From a phage: 64,000 bases of DNA. The position numbers and the translations under genes are program-made. Below, piece after piece: positions 49,311-58,948 of this stretch. The notes under the pieces were generated by a model. The model did no database searches, was not told the DNA's origin, and worked only from the letters and a program-made list of their open reading frames with translations. Where the stretch lies: the sequence record NC_135728.1; one strand, given 5' to 3'. Within the stretch, counting starts at the first letter, position 1. Every line of letters begins with the position of its first letter.

Positions 49311-49347
49311 ACCATAAAAAGCAAAAAGCCCCACCCTAAGGTGAGGC
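49311..49347 (-). terminator. intrinsic terminator after the tube-like gene
   Basis: 8-bp GC-rich stem (GCCUCACC/GGUGGGGC) with 4-nt loop, then CUUUUUGCUUUUUAUGG. Confidence 0.6.
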
Positions 49348-49365
49348 TTATGCTAAAGTGTGCCC

Positions 49366-49839
49366 TTAGATAATACCTGCAAGACCTGCGAGGCCAGTGA
49401 GAGCACCAGTAATGTTATCACGGTTGAGCCATGCATCCAGAATACCGATATCCCAGTCCAGTTGACCTACTTCGGTTCCGTAAGTCAGGTCTGGTTGTTT
49501 CTGGATCCAACCGATTGTGGAAATACCAGGGCCCTGGCTACCTTCCAGCAGAACCGGGAAGAATACCAGGCCAGTAATCGATGCCTGTTTCTGCCAGTCA
49601 GAGAGGTAAGCGTTCCATACTGAAGTGTTCTGCAAAGACACAGTCATGACACCAGATTGGTTACGGGACAGAGCCGCAGACATTTCACCATCCACACCGA
49701 CGTGAGGATAAATGTTGTCTTCGTTTCTTGAAACAACAATCTTGGTGTCAGCAGCGAAGCCAGTGACACGCTGCTGCATCAGATACAGTTTGACCTTTTT
49801 AGGGTCATACGCATAAGGAGTTAAAATTTGAGTTTCCAT
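49366..49839 (-). CDS. tail tube protein (putative, 157 aa)
   Basis: Size and position between sheath-like and chaperone genes; no sequence motif verified. Confidence 0.4.
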   Translation of the reverse strand: METQILTPYAYDPKKVKLYLMQQRVTGFAADTKIVVSRNEDNIYPHVGVDGEMSAALSRNQSGVMTVSLQNTSVWNAYLSDWQKQASITGLVFFPVLLEGSQGPGISTIGWIQKQPDLTYGTEVGQLDWDIGILDAWLNRDNITGALTGLAGLAGII

Positions 49840-49849
49840 CTAGGCTTCC

Positions 49850-51226
49850 TTATTCAGTCATTGCAACAGCATTGGTGGATTTAGAACCAACTTTGTCCAG
49901 AAGGACGTTGATCCGGATACGAACGAAGTGCAGGGCGTTATTATACACCAGTTCTACTTTCACACCTTCCAGAACACGAGCAGCCAACTGATTGGTTGGG
50001 ATTTCTGCACGTTTAGGAACTGTGATGATCGGGTCGTAGAATACATTATTGTCTTCGTCGAAACCTGTCAGGATCGCACCATTCTTAATGCCAGTGTTGA
50101 TTGGGTTGTTCATCAGGACAGACTTGATAACCGGAAGATCATCATCAGACATCTTCATGCTCAGACCCATATTAGATCGGCGATGCATGTATCCAAACAT
50201 AGACTCTTCGGATCTGAATTTAATCCAGTGGGCGAAGCGGATAGCATCTGCATACTGACCAGAAGCACATTTACCTTCCCAGAAAGCACCAACACCGTTG
50301 ATTGTTCTGTAGAAGTTAATGTTGTTCTCCCAAATCGCCATGCGCTGGGTCAAGGTCAGGGATGGTGCAAGAACACCAGGCATCTGTTTTAAGTGTAAGC
50401 TGTCGCCGTAGGACGGATCGTTGGATGCCATAGCACCGATAATACCGCCCTCTGGGAAGTCTTTGTCGGCGCGAGGGTCGTACATACCAATACTGTCATA
50501 TTTTGCAGCTTTCAGTTTAGTGGCAATGTTGCTGTCTTTGCCAGTCACATCTTCTGCAGTAGAGTAGACATGCAGTTTGTAGTTAGCCTGAGCCCACTTA
50601 GCACATGCTTCAATATCTGTGTGGTCTTCATGGCACAAGAAGTACCAATTATCCTGCTCAGCGTTGATCTTGTCGATCACGGTAGAAGGTTTTTCACTAT
50701 TGGCAATGTTTTTGATCGTATAATTACCAGTATGATAACCAACAGTACAATCACCAGTGATGGTGATAACACCTTCGTCTGCCTGCACGGTGATACCGTC
50801 TAAGCTATCATCAGCCTCAATTTTTTCCTTCATTGCCTCTGCGATCTGAGTTGCCCCTGTTCCACCAGAGATAGGGACTATCAAGGCAGTATTGTAGTCA
50901 CCTTTTGCAATAGTCATTACGACATCGGTATCAGCTGCGGCAGCAATACCTTTAAAATCTACAGTGGTCTTTTCTTTGGCCTGTCTGCCGATCATAACGT
51001 ATTGTGGAGGGAATACACCACCAAAAGCTTTTGCTGCAAACTCATACGCTGCAGAGCCTTGTGCGAAACCATCTTCCACCATCTGATCCAGCTCCGCATA
51101 TACGCGAGCTCGCTCAGTAAAGTTATTGTGGATAGCGATGAACAGGGGAGTTTCGAAACCTACAGTGTCAATAGGCTGGGTTCCGAGGTTAACTGTAACA
51201 TCTACCACTTTATCTAAATATGGCAT
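49850..51226 (-). CDS. tail sheath protein (putative; alternatively major tail protein, 458 aa)
   Basis: Size, position after neck proteins, codon usage of a highly expressed gene; call is positional. Confidence 0.45.
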   Translation of the reverse strand: MPYLDKVVDVTVNLGTQPIDTVGFETPLFIAIHNNFTERARVYAELDQMVEDGFAQGSAAYEFAAKAFGGVFPPQYVMIGRQAKEKTTVDFKGIAAAADTDVVMTIAKGDYNTALIVPISGGTGATQIAEAMKEKIEADDSLDGITVQADEGVITITGDCTVGYHTGNYTIKNIANSEKPSTVIDKINAEQDNWYFLCHEDHTDIEACAKWAQANYKLHVYSTAEDVTGKDSNIATKLKAAKYDSIGMYDPRADKDFPEGGIIGAMASNDPSYGDSLHLKQMPGVLAPSLTLTQRMAIWENNINFYRTINGVGAFWEGKCASGQYADAIRFAHWIKFRSEESMFGYMHRRSNMGLSMKMSDDDLPVIKSVLMNNPINTGIKNGAILTGFDEDNNVFYDPIITVPKRAEIPTNQLAARVLEGVKVELVYNNALHFVRIRINVLLDKVGSKSTNAVAMTE

Positions 51227-51298
51227 TTGTTTCCTCTTAATATCTGTGCACGGATATCAAACACGCAGTGTAATCATTACACTACACAATTATAACGA

Positions 51299-51850
51299 TT
51301 ACTGACCACTGTCTGTAACCGCTTTACCAGAATTGGGTGAAGGGAAGTGTGTGGTTATTTCAGCCTTAATTCCCTGAAGATCCTCAAAAGCCCCAATGTC
51401 TGTTTCAACAAACCTTACGTTAAATGTCAGCATCACAGTGGCTCTATTTTCATACGTCTGCTTATTCAACGGCACTCTTTGAGGTGAGATTGTTGAATTG
51501 TTAGAGTAGGCAAAGCACGATCCCAGAGGGAAATACTTGTCATAAAACATTGGAAGGTTTATTGCTTGCAATACTCTGCTAAGTGCAGCATATGCCCTGC
51601 CACGATAAGCTGTTAATAGATAAGTAACAGTGTAGCTGTGGGTGACGTAAGCATTACCCTCCGCATCTTGAAATTCATTATCTTCCCAAGTGGTGGGATT
51701 GATCGCTAAGGTTTGTAAAAGTACAAACTCACCTTCCGGCTTCGGTATGGTAGAGCTTTCTGCCAGAACTACAGTTCTTCCTGTGGCAACCTTGACGAGC
51801 TTAGCAATGGTTGTTTCAAGATCAGAAAAAACTTTTTCGAAAGCTTCCAT
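51299..51850 (-). CDS. head-tail joining/tail completion protein (183 aa)
   Basis: Positional call. Confidence 0.4.
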   Translation of the reverse strand: MEAFEKVFSDLETTIAKLVKVATGRTVVLAESSTIPKPEGEFVLLQTLAINPTTWEDNEFQDAEGNAYVTHSYTVTYLLTAYRGRAYAALSRVLQAINLPMFYDKYFPLGSCFAYSNNSTISPQRVPLNKQTYENRATVMLTFNVRFVETDIGAFEDLQGIKAEITTHFPSPNSGKAVTDSGQ

Positions 51851-52275
51851 CAGTTCTCTCCTTCAGGCTCTTCTACCACAAAAAATCTATATCTCCCGCC
51901 GCCGGAGGTAACATATGCATCGCATTTTAAAACGGTAAACCATTTCAAGTCACCACGGATGTCAGGCAGCTGAATTTGGTCAGCCATTGCATATGTTCCT
52001 TCGTCCGGACTATACAACTTGGTTGAGGAGTAAACTGTAAAAGCCTCGTACTGTCTGTCACCTTCAGGGTTTATTTGAGAGGAGTAATCTTTAGCTGCCC
52101 TTCCTGTCAACGGCTGCACAACACACTCTAAGACATCAAACTCTTCATACTCAAGCTCTAACCCCTCGTTGACAAAAGGACCGCCAACTGTTTTGTTATA
52201 CACTCTGTGGCGACCTTTGAATGTTTTACGAGGTATTAGTCTGTTATTTCCTATCAGCTTATAACCTGCTGCCAC
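51850..52275 (-). CDS. head-tail connector protein (141 aa)
   Basis: ATGA-coupled; positional call. Confidence 0.4.
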   Translation of the reverse strand: MAAGYKLIGNNRLIPRKTFKGRHRVYNKTVGGPFVNEGLELEYEEFDVLECVVQPLTGRAAKDYSSQINPEGDRQYEAFTVYSSTKLYSPDEGTYAMADQIQLPDIRGDLKWFTVLKCDAYVTSGGGRYRFFVVEEPEGEN

Positions 52276-52290
52276 TCAACCCCCTTATTT

Positions 52291-52761
52291 TTACTGTCCG
52301 ATTTTAAAGGTTGCAGATTCAAGCAGCACATCGTAATGCCGCATAGCCTCGTTGAAGCCCTTTTCTTGTGCCCACTGCTCACTAACAGTAGGATTACTAA
52401 ACTGACCAGCCTCAATAACAAACTGGATAGCTTTGGCCCCTGTGTCCCCCATCTGCTTAAGAATAGCCTCTGCACTTGATCCTCTAGCCATAGCTCTCAA
52501 CAATTTTTCTGTCAAGGTCTGTAGTTGAGTGCTGTGAAATGCAAAGGCTGTCTCCATGAAATTGCGAACAGGCAGCCCGTTCCAACCGAAGTTGTGAATG
52601 GCTGCCAATGTTGCCATATTTAAGCCTGACGGGTGAGGTTCGTCATAAAAGCCGTAGGTTATTGTTTTACTTTCAAGTCTCACAAGTTCTTTGTAGAAGC
52701 TATCTAAACGCTTTAGGTTGAACCTTGTTTGACATTTAACCTTTAGCATTATATCCCTCAC
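52291..52761 (-). CDS. head-tail connector/neck protein (156 aa)
   Basis: GAGGGA RBS; positional call. Confidence 0.4.
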   Translation of the reverse strand: MRDIMLKVKCQTRFNLKRLDSFYKELVRLESKTITYGFYDEPHPSGLNMATLAAIHNFGWNGLPVRNFMETAFAFHSTQLQTLTEKLLRAMARGSSAEAILKQMGDTGAKAIQFVIEAGQFSNPTVSEQWAQEKGFNEAMRHYDVLLESATFKIGQ

Positions 52762-52767
52762 TAATGT

Positions 52768-52796
52768 ATTTTACCACAAAGATACATCAAAAGCAA
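52768..52796 (-). promoter_or_regulatory. sigma70-like promoter with extended -10 (TTGCTT-N14-TGGTAAAATA)
   Basis: Fourth copy of the TGGTAAAATA motif, upstream of the 52291-52761 gene. Confidence 0.45.
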
Positions 52797-52802
52797 CAAT
52801 TT

Positions 52803-53480
52803 TTAAAAACTGCGTTTGCGTCTTGGGTGGCGAGGAGGTTGGTTATTTAGACCACTGATAGGTGTAATACCCTGGACATCGAACGGCCCGTTGCTGTTTT
52901 CATTAAATTTAACCCGAATTCCTTCATCTACACGAACACCACCAATGATAATCATTCTGCTGTAAGCATCTAGCTCAGAATCTACATAGTCTGGGTGTGC
53001 CAGCAGCCAATCAAGGAAATCTTTCCATTGGGCGTAGGAAGATCCACCACGAATCTCTATGGTCTCATCACCTATTTTTTCCAGACGGGAAGTTATACTT
53101 GCATTACCGCTGGAAACTTCCTGCATCATCAGCCATCGCACAAGCTGCACAAGCACATTGTACTTAAGCAGTGGTAGCTTATCAGGGTCTGCCGGATAAT
53201 TTAGTTTCAGCTTCTCCATATCAAGGAATGTTTTAATTACCTCATCAGGGAGTGTTTCCTCATCAACATTGCCAAGCAATAACCTCATAATATCAATAAG
53301 AGGTTGGTCTGGATCAGGTTCCGGAGGTACAGGATCTTCTTTTGGTGGCTCTTCTGGGGTATCGACTACACCATCATGGTTAGGCGGGGACGGGATAATA
53401 TCTTCATCTTCATACCATGCCATTTGAAAATACCTCGTAAAAATAAAGCCCCATTCCTGATTTGGAAGGGGCCTTAACAA
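52803..53480 (-). CDS. head completion/adaptor protein (Pro/Glu-rich N-terminus)
   Basis: Positional call; start may be the internal ATG (MAWYEDED). Confidence 0.4.
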   Translation of the reverse strand: MLRPLPNQEWGFIFTRYFQMAWYEDEDIIPSPPNHDGVVDTPEEPPKEDPVPPEPDPDQPLIDIMRLLLGNVDEETLPDEVIKTFLDMEKLKLNYPADPDKLPLLKYNVLVQLVRWLMMQEVSSGNASITSRLEKIGDETIEIRGGSSYAQWKDFLDWLLAHPDYVDSELDAYSRMIIIGGVRVDEGIRVKFNENSNGPFDVQGITPISGLNNQPPRHPRRKRSF

Positions 53481-53482
53481 AA

Positions 53483-54307
53483 TTATGCCAGTGCAGCCTC
53501 AAAATCTTTCATCATATTTTGGAAAGTTTTTGCCTTACTTAAGGTAACACCGTGCTCTTTAGCGAAGGTTTGGAGTGCATCTTTTGAACCACTTTTGTCA
53601 TCTTCGTTGTTAAGAGCTGCGGCCTGTTTAAGGATTTCATCCTTATTCTCAACAGCTGTAGATGCGAAAGAGGCTACAGCCACATCTTGTGGATCTGCTA
53701 CAGGACCTTCACCGTCACCCTCTCCAGGCGGCTCAGGCTCTGGTTCAGGCTCAGGTTCTGGTTCAGGTGCTACTGTAGAAGTCAAACCCAGATTTATAAC
53801 CTGAGAACGTTTCTTAGGCCACTCAATGGTGAAAGTTTGGGTATCTTCTTCATAAACAATGTTGCATTGCTCATCGTTTATGGTCACTTTTTTAGGCATT
53901 CCTGCAGGGTCCCATAGATGGCCCTCTGCCACGGAAACCTTGAAAGCAGCATCTACCTCTTTAAACACTGAAGGGGTAAGTGTAATGTTGACATCACCAC
54001 TTTGAAGTGTTAAAGTGCTTTCATCAAGGTTTTCTGTGAAGAACAGAAGAATAACACCCATACGGATAGTTGAAATACCAGTATCAATTGGCAGACCTGT
54101 ATGTTTTGCAATCTTCTCGAAGAAGTCTACAATCGTTCTACATGGATAGTGAACACTGCCAATAACGAATTCTGTTGGTGGCAGAAGGGCTGATAAACCA
54201 ACATTGATTTCTGGATTATATTGTGCTAAAAATTGATAAAAACTTAACTGATTGTTGAAAACTCTTAATAGAGGATCATACTCAACTGGATATACGGCTC
54301 TCTTCAC
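53483..54307 (-). CDS. structural protein with (PE)n linker (274 aa)
   Basis: PEPEPEPEPEPEPPGEGDGEG low-complexity linker; lies after the capsid gene and its terminator. Confidence 0.45.
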   Translation of the reverse strand: MKRAVYPVEYDPLLRVFNNQLSFYQFLAQYNPEINVGLSALLPPTEFVIGSVHYPCRTIVDFFEKIAKHTGLPIDTGISTIRMGVILLFFTENLDESTLTLQSGDVNITLTPSVFKEVDAAFKVSVAEGHLWDPAGMPKKVTINDEQCNIVYEEDTQTFTIEWPKKRSQVINLGLTSTVAPEPEPEPEPEPEPPGEGDGEGPVADPQDVAVASFASTAVENKDEILKQAAALNNEDDKSGSKDALQTFAKEHGVTLSKAKTFQNMMKDFEAALA

Positions 54308-54330
54308 GGGGCACTCCTGTTAAACCCTAA

Positions 54331-54364
54331 TAAATAAAAAGGGGAGGGGGAGAACCCCCTCCCC
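54331..54364 (-). terminator. strong intrinsic terminator after the major capsid gene
   Basis: GGGGAGGGGG-UUCU-CCCCCUCCCC hairpin followed by UUUUUAUUUAUU. Confidence 0.65.
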
Positions 54365-54391
54365 ATATGGGATGAATCACCTCAGTGATTA

Positions 54392-55399
54392 TTAATCACC
54401 TTTCAGAGTTGCTTTAACAACCAGCTCTGGACGGGTGTTAACTGCCAGCATAGAAGTTTCAGATTCAATCTTCTCTTCACGCAGGTATGCAGAGTGTTTA
54501 TACCACATATACAGTTCCTGTGCTGGGGTATTTGCTTCGTTAACATCATCTGCCGGAGCAAAGTGCAGCTGGAACATCTGATCAATACCCATCGGCAGAA
54601 TGCGAGCTTCTTTCTTAGGAATATTGCCAGAGATATCTTCGATAAAGGTGATACCTTTATGTTCGAACACACGATAAACGCTGTCCTGACCGCCAGCACC
54701 CAGACGACGACGCAGAGGTTCCTGAGCAGAGCCGTAGTAGGTGTATGCCAGCTCTACCAGCGGGTGGTGAGTGACTGCACTGAAGAACTCAGGAGAGCAC
54801 AGAGCCACGATACGGTAGCCAGCAGCGTTGTCACCAGCTTGCAGGGCGATATGCAGACGAGCGTCTTCCAGAACTTCCATCGGGTCCTGATCTGCTTTTG
54901 CAGGATCGATCTCAACAGATTTCTGAGACACACCCCACAGAGTGTAGTAATCATACTGGCAGGTAGCGTCACCAGGTGCATAGGATTTACCCAGAATAGC
55001 CTGGAACAGCGCTTTCTCACGCAGTGCTTCATGGGAAACACGGATACGGCGAACAACTCGGGTTACTACGTCCTGAACAGTTTTCGGAGCATCAGGGGTG
55101 AAGTAACGACGGAAGTTCTGAACATCTGCGGCGGTGATGCCTTTGTCCAGAGGGAAGAACGGGATGTTCAGGTTTTTAACCTGAGCACGTTCATTACCAA
55201 CGTAGTTACGCTCACCACCACGACGGCGTGCCGGAATGTCGGTTACAACTTCATCAACACGCTCGATCTGAGCAATCGTTGAGGTGCCGAGACGGGTTTC
55301 GAACAGATCCATACCAGTAATCAGTCGGAATTGGCGCGGAACAAGGTCCAGAGTAGCACCTAAATCAACAATGCCAAATTCATCTTTACGAGTAATCAT
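54392..55399 (-). CDS. major capsid protein (335 aa)
   Basis: Position after scaffold and decoration genes; high-expression codon usage; strong terminator downstream; homology not verified. Confidence 0.6.
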   Translation of the reverse strand: MITRKDEFGIVDLGATLDLVPRQFRLITGMDLFETRLGTSTIAQIERVDEVVTDIPARRRGGERNYVGNERAQVKNLNIPFFPLDKGITAADVQNFRRYFTPDAPKTVQDVVTRVVRRIRVSHEALREKALFQAILGKSYAPGDATCQYDYYTLWGVSQKSVEIDPAKADQDPMEVLEDARLHIALQAGDNAAGYRIVALCSPEFFSAVTHHPLVELAYTYYGSAQEPLRRRLGAGGQDSVYRVFEHKGITFIEDISGNIPKKEARILPMGIDQMFQLHFAPADDVNEANTPAQELYMWYKHSAYLREEKIESETSMLAVNTRPELVVKATLKGD

Positions 55400-55447
55400 T
55401 TATTTCTCCAAAGTAAAACTTAAATATTTTCCCGAACAATTTAGGGC

Positions 55448-55837
55448 TTACTCATCACCAAGAGTCTGGACGTGAACTTTGTTACCTAAAGCTTCCAACT
55501 TATCCAGAATTCTTTGGTCTGCTTTAGTTCCACCTGCACCTAACAGCATGTCTTTTGCAAAGGTAACACCATGGACGGCAACAACCAGGTTATAGGCTTG
55601 ACCTACTTCTAAAGGTTTTGCAAGATGAACCGTACCAGCATCTTTGACAAGAGCACGGTCAACAAGAACGCCGTACACATCAGAACCGTCTGCGTTAGCG
55701 ATGGTACCTGTTTTTGTTACAACAGTGCCAGCGTGGTGATGCTCTGTCAGTGTTACCTTAATCTCTTTAAAATTGTAGCCAGCATCGCTAGAATCAACTT
55801 TGCCGAGCACGATATCAGAATATTGAGCGGTAATCAT
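55448..55837 (-). CDS. head decoration/small capsid protein (129 aa)
   Basis: Small Gly/Ala/Val-rich protein between scaffold and capsid genes. Confidence 0.45.
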   Translation of the reverse strand: MITAQYSDIVLGKVDSSDAGYNFKEIKVTLTEHHHAGTVVTKTGTIANADGSDVYGVLVDRALVKDAGTVHLAKPLEVGQAYNLVVAVHGVTFAKDMLLGAGGTKADQRILDKLEALGNKVHVQTLGDE

Positions 55838-55857
55838 TTATTTCCCCCGTTAATGTC

Positions 55858-56835
55858 TTATTTGGCAGATTCTGCACGTGCACGAGCAAGTGCTTTTGCA
55901 ACGTTTTCAGCAAGAATTTCTTCTGCGGATTTTGCAATATCATCCACAACAGGTTCGCCATCATTACCATGTTCAGTGGTGGCAAACTCTTCTTTGGTTT
56001 TATGCACCTCTGCTTCCAGCTCTTTAATTTTGGCTTGAGCTTTCTCCAGCATAGCTACGATAGGTTCGTTAGCTTTTTCCAGCATGAAGTCAACCAGGGT
56101 TGCATGATCTTCTTCACCAACAAAGCTTAAAGCTTGAGCCTTGGTCAGCATTTTAGCTTTTTCAACTTCAACCTGGGCCTTAATAATTTCTTCAGCTTTA
56201 CTCTGGGTCGCTTTCAGCTCTTCTACTTGCTTCAGCAGGTCCAGGTACTCTTTGGTTTTGGTTACGTCCACCGGATTCTCCTCGGTATTTGCGGATTTTT
56301 CAATATCATCCACCTTGGTAGTTTTATCCACCTCAGCAGGTTCCTGTACCGCCTTAATCAGGTTCCCTTCTTTATCGAAGAGATCAGCGGTTACTTGTTC
56401 AAAAATCTGTTGTGTTTTTAACAGACTGTATTGATCTACCACACTAAGCTGCTTGCCTTCTTTTGCAGCTTTATGAATGGTCACGTTATCACAACGCTCT
56501 TCCAGCCATGCAATACAAGACTCTGCGTCAGCTTGCGCCCATTCCCAATCAGGATGCTCTTTAGCCCAAGCCTCTTCTTCAATCTCAAAGCCAAGCATGT
56601 GTGCAAGTGCTTTAGCATCATCATACCACATATCGAAGAAACGACGCAGGTATTCTTCAAAACTAAGCTCCACAGTAACTTGACGAAGTGCCTTAACAAT
56701 ATCGTCTGTTAACTGCTCAGGCTTAAGATCACTCTTCATCAAAAGAGATACAGGTCTGTTGTTAGCGCTATAGCCTTGCGCCTTGTGGCACAGGGCAATC
56801 CCCTTCTCTTTAATAGTAATCGTTTTTTCAGACAT
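55858..56835 (-). CDS. capsid scaffolding protein (325 aa)
   Basis: Highly charged, Ala/Glu/Lys-rich helical C-terminal half; position between protease-like and capsid genes. Confidence 0.55.
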   Translation of the reverse strand: MSEKTITIKEKGIALCHKAQGYSANNRPVSLLMKSDLKPEQLTDDIVKALRQVTVELSFEEYLRRFFDMWYDDAKALAHMLGFEIEEEAWAKEHPDWEWAQADAESCIAWLEERCDNVTIHKAAKEGKQLSVVDQYSLLKTQQIFEQVTADLFDKEGNLIKAVQEPAEVDKTTKVDDIEKSANTEENPVDVTKTKEYLDLLKQVEELKATQSKAEEIIKAQVEVEKAKMLTKAQALSFVGEEDHATLVDFMLEKANEPIVAMLEKAQAKIKELEAEVHKTKEEFATTEHGNDGEPVVDDIAKSAEEILAENVAKALARARAESAK

Positions 56836-57254
56836 TATTCATTGCCCTCTTCTACAACACTGATCCCGAAGTTTACGTTGGTAATTTCACCAGTTTCTTC
56901 ATCAACATTACCTGTTGCCTGAATGCTTAGGCCACCAACAATGCCAGCCTTCTTAGCTTCCCATAATTCAGGATTATTGTATTTAACTTTAGCAACCCAA
57001 GAGCCAGCCTTGATGACCTGCTCAGTGCCAATCACTACAACATCAAACTCTTCTTGAATCCACGTCTTTTCAATGGTGAAAGCATCTGTAGAGGTCAAGT
57101 GAAAAAGGTTTTCAGAAACTAGTCCTGCGGCGTATGCTGCGTCCCAGTTATCTTTAGCCTTTTTGATGGTGTCTTTACTCATCCACTCACCGTGAGCATC
57201 TTTAGTGTCAGGCTCGTAGATGATTTCGTAGGAAATCATTTCTTCCTGTGGCAT
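56835..57254 (-). CDS. prohead protease-like protein; start ambiguous
   Basis: The track ORF (start 57410) overlaps the portal 3' end by 89 nt; internal ATGs at 57266, 57254 and 57239 are more plausible, the last with an AGGAAG RBS. Confidence 0.4.
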   Translation of the reverse strand: MPQEEMISYEIIYEPDTKDAHGEWMSKDTIKKAKDNWDAAYAAGLVSENLFHLTSTDAFTIEKTWIQEEFDVVVIGTEQVIKAGSWVAKVKYNNPELWEAKKAGIVGGLSIQATGNVDEETGEITNVNFGISVVEEGNE

Positions 57255-57321
57255 CTTATTCCCCATGTGGATTATTTTATCACGCCAAAGGAGGTTTTGC
57301 AACCCCCTGTGTTGATAATTT

Positions 57322-58878
57322 TTAATTTTCCATGTTGGATATGGAATTATCTCTGGTTGATGACATCTTAGAAGTGCCGTTACCCGTGGATCCTGCAGCC
57401 ATTCCATCACCAGCTCTACTGATGTCCTGGCCCAAGAGCTTCATCAGCTCTTCCTGATCCATGTCCTCGTCAAATCTTTCATCAAACCCACCTACTTCAA
57501 GAATCTTATTAATTACTGCAGGAGTTTTTGGCAAGTAACCTACAGCACCGATCCTCTGGACAAACTTGGAGAAGCTCTCCATGTCCACCTCTTCAATCAG
57601 ACCAGGTTTCAGTTTAGGCATATCATCATCTTCAAGGATGATACCATTCAATGCCAAAAGCTGTGGAATAAGATCTTTATTGAAGGCTTCAGTGATAATA
57701 TCTATATCACGCTGAACAAAATGACCATGGATAGACTGTTTTGACTCAGACAGAGAGAAGGATCCAACGTTATCGTTACCGAGGTTAATAAAGCCAGCAC
57801 CGAAACGGTCAAGAATCGCCTTCTTACGGGCATCAATCAAATCTTTAGTGGAATACTGCTTACCCATACCGTCAACCCCCTTCAGGGTCATGGAGTAAAG
57901 CTCTTTACCAGACTTATCTCTATCAGACGGAAGTATAAAGAAACTTTGCTCACCACTATGGGCGTTTGCTGCGTCAAGCATAAGATCTGCAACCATTCTC
58001 CCTTCCATTGAATTCGGGTCAATGCTGGCCTTGTTCAAAATATTGGAAGGAATTTTCAGCTCAAGTACACCACCAAGGTCTTTGGAACAGCCAACAACCT
58101 CAAGGTTTTCAATCAGAACTTTCTCACGGAAAGATCTGTAGCAACCTATCATAGGTGACACACCTGCAGGGTTAGATTCTGTTCCTGACAGGGTCATGAG
58201 CATAAGTTTTTTAGCAGGGATGAAAATTTCAGGCTCATTAAAGCCTTTTGAAGGCATTGCAGCAAGAGGTCCAGCCCAGCGTGCATTCTGAGTGTTTAGA
58301 AATGCATTAGGTGACTGATAAATACCTGTCAGTGTTCTACTGTTCTTGTCAAAGACAAACGGCTCTGATCTAGACAGACTGGCCTGAGGTCGGAATGCAA
58401 TTTTATCAATAAGAAGCATCCCGGCATATTTACCTTCTTTCTCTCTGCGGTATACTTTCTCAAACAGTGAAAAACCATACTCGTTAAAGGTAGCTGCGCT
58501 TCTTGCAATATCCCGAAGGGTTTGTTGGTTTGCCAAATTACGCAAAGAATACTCTATAAGCTCTGCAGCTTTCTTAGAGTCTTCACTTTTAACATTATAA
58601 AGGATCTTAAAATCATTAAATGCTTTCGTGATGAAAACGTATTTTGTATCTAAGGCAGTAGCAACTGTGGAATCACATTTCATAGTCTCCACTGTGGCAA
58701 TCAGCTGAGGCCAACGCAATTCCTCAACCATCATAGATTGCGATTCTGCCATAATTTGGGAAAGTGCGCCAGAACCGATCTCACTCATACGAACATTATG
58801 AGTTGGTGCGCCTGCGTTCCCAGATTTATTCACAGTTTTGGCTGTGGCGTTGTGTTTCCTGCGGTTCTTTTTGGACAC
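57322..58878 (-). CDS. portal protein (518 aa)
   Basis: Size, acidic C-terminus and position directly downstream of the terminase large subunit. Confidence 0.65.
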   Translation of the reverse strand: MSKKNRRKHNATAKTVNKSGNAGAPTHNVRMSEIGSGALSQIMAESQSMMVEELRWPQLIATVETMKCDSTVATALDTKYVFITKAFNDFKILYNVKSEDSKKAAELIEYSLRNLANQQTLRDIARSAATFNEYGFSLFEKVYRREKEGKYAGMLLIDKIAFRPQASLSRSEPFVFDKNSRTLTGIYQSPNAFLNTQNARWAGPLAAMPSKGFNEPEIFIPAKKLMLMTLSGTESNPAGVSPMIGCYRSFREKVLIENLEVVGCSKDLGGVLELKIPSNILNKASIDPNSMEGRMVADLMLDAANAHSGEQSFFILPSDRDKSGKELYSMTLKGVDGMGKQYSTKDLIDARKKAILDRFGAGFINLGNDNVGSFSLSESKQSIHGHFVQRDIDIITEAFNKDLIPQLLALNGIILEDDDMPKLKPGLIEEVDMESFSKFVQRIGAVGYLPKTPAVINKILEVGGFDERFDEDMDQEELMKLLGQDISRAGDGMAAGSTGNGTSKMSSTRDNSISNMEN

Positions 58879-58948
58879 AAGCTTTACCCCTCAAAACAGT
58901 ATAACAAAATAGCCCTCGTGTTAGAGGGCTAGTATCTCCGATTAATCT

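Noticed and set aside
53595-53804. Plus-strand ORF encoding a Gly/Ser-rich peptide (GSGSGSGSGSGSGA)
   Set aside because: It is the reverse-complement reading of the (PE)n linker repeat of the minus-strand structural gene.
56835-57410. Full 191-aa ORF start at 57410 for the protease-like gene
   Set aside because: It would overlap the last 89 nt of the portal gene in another frame with no RBS; internal ATGs at 57266, 57254 and 57239 are more plausible.
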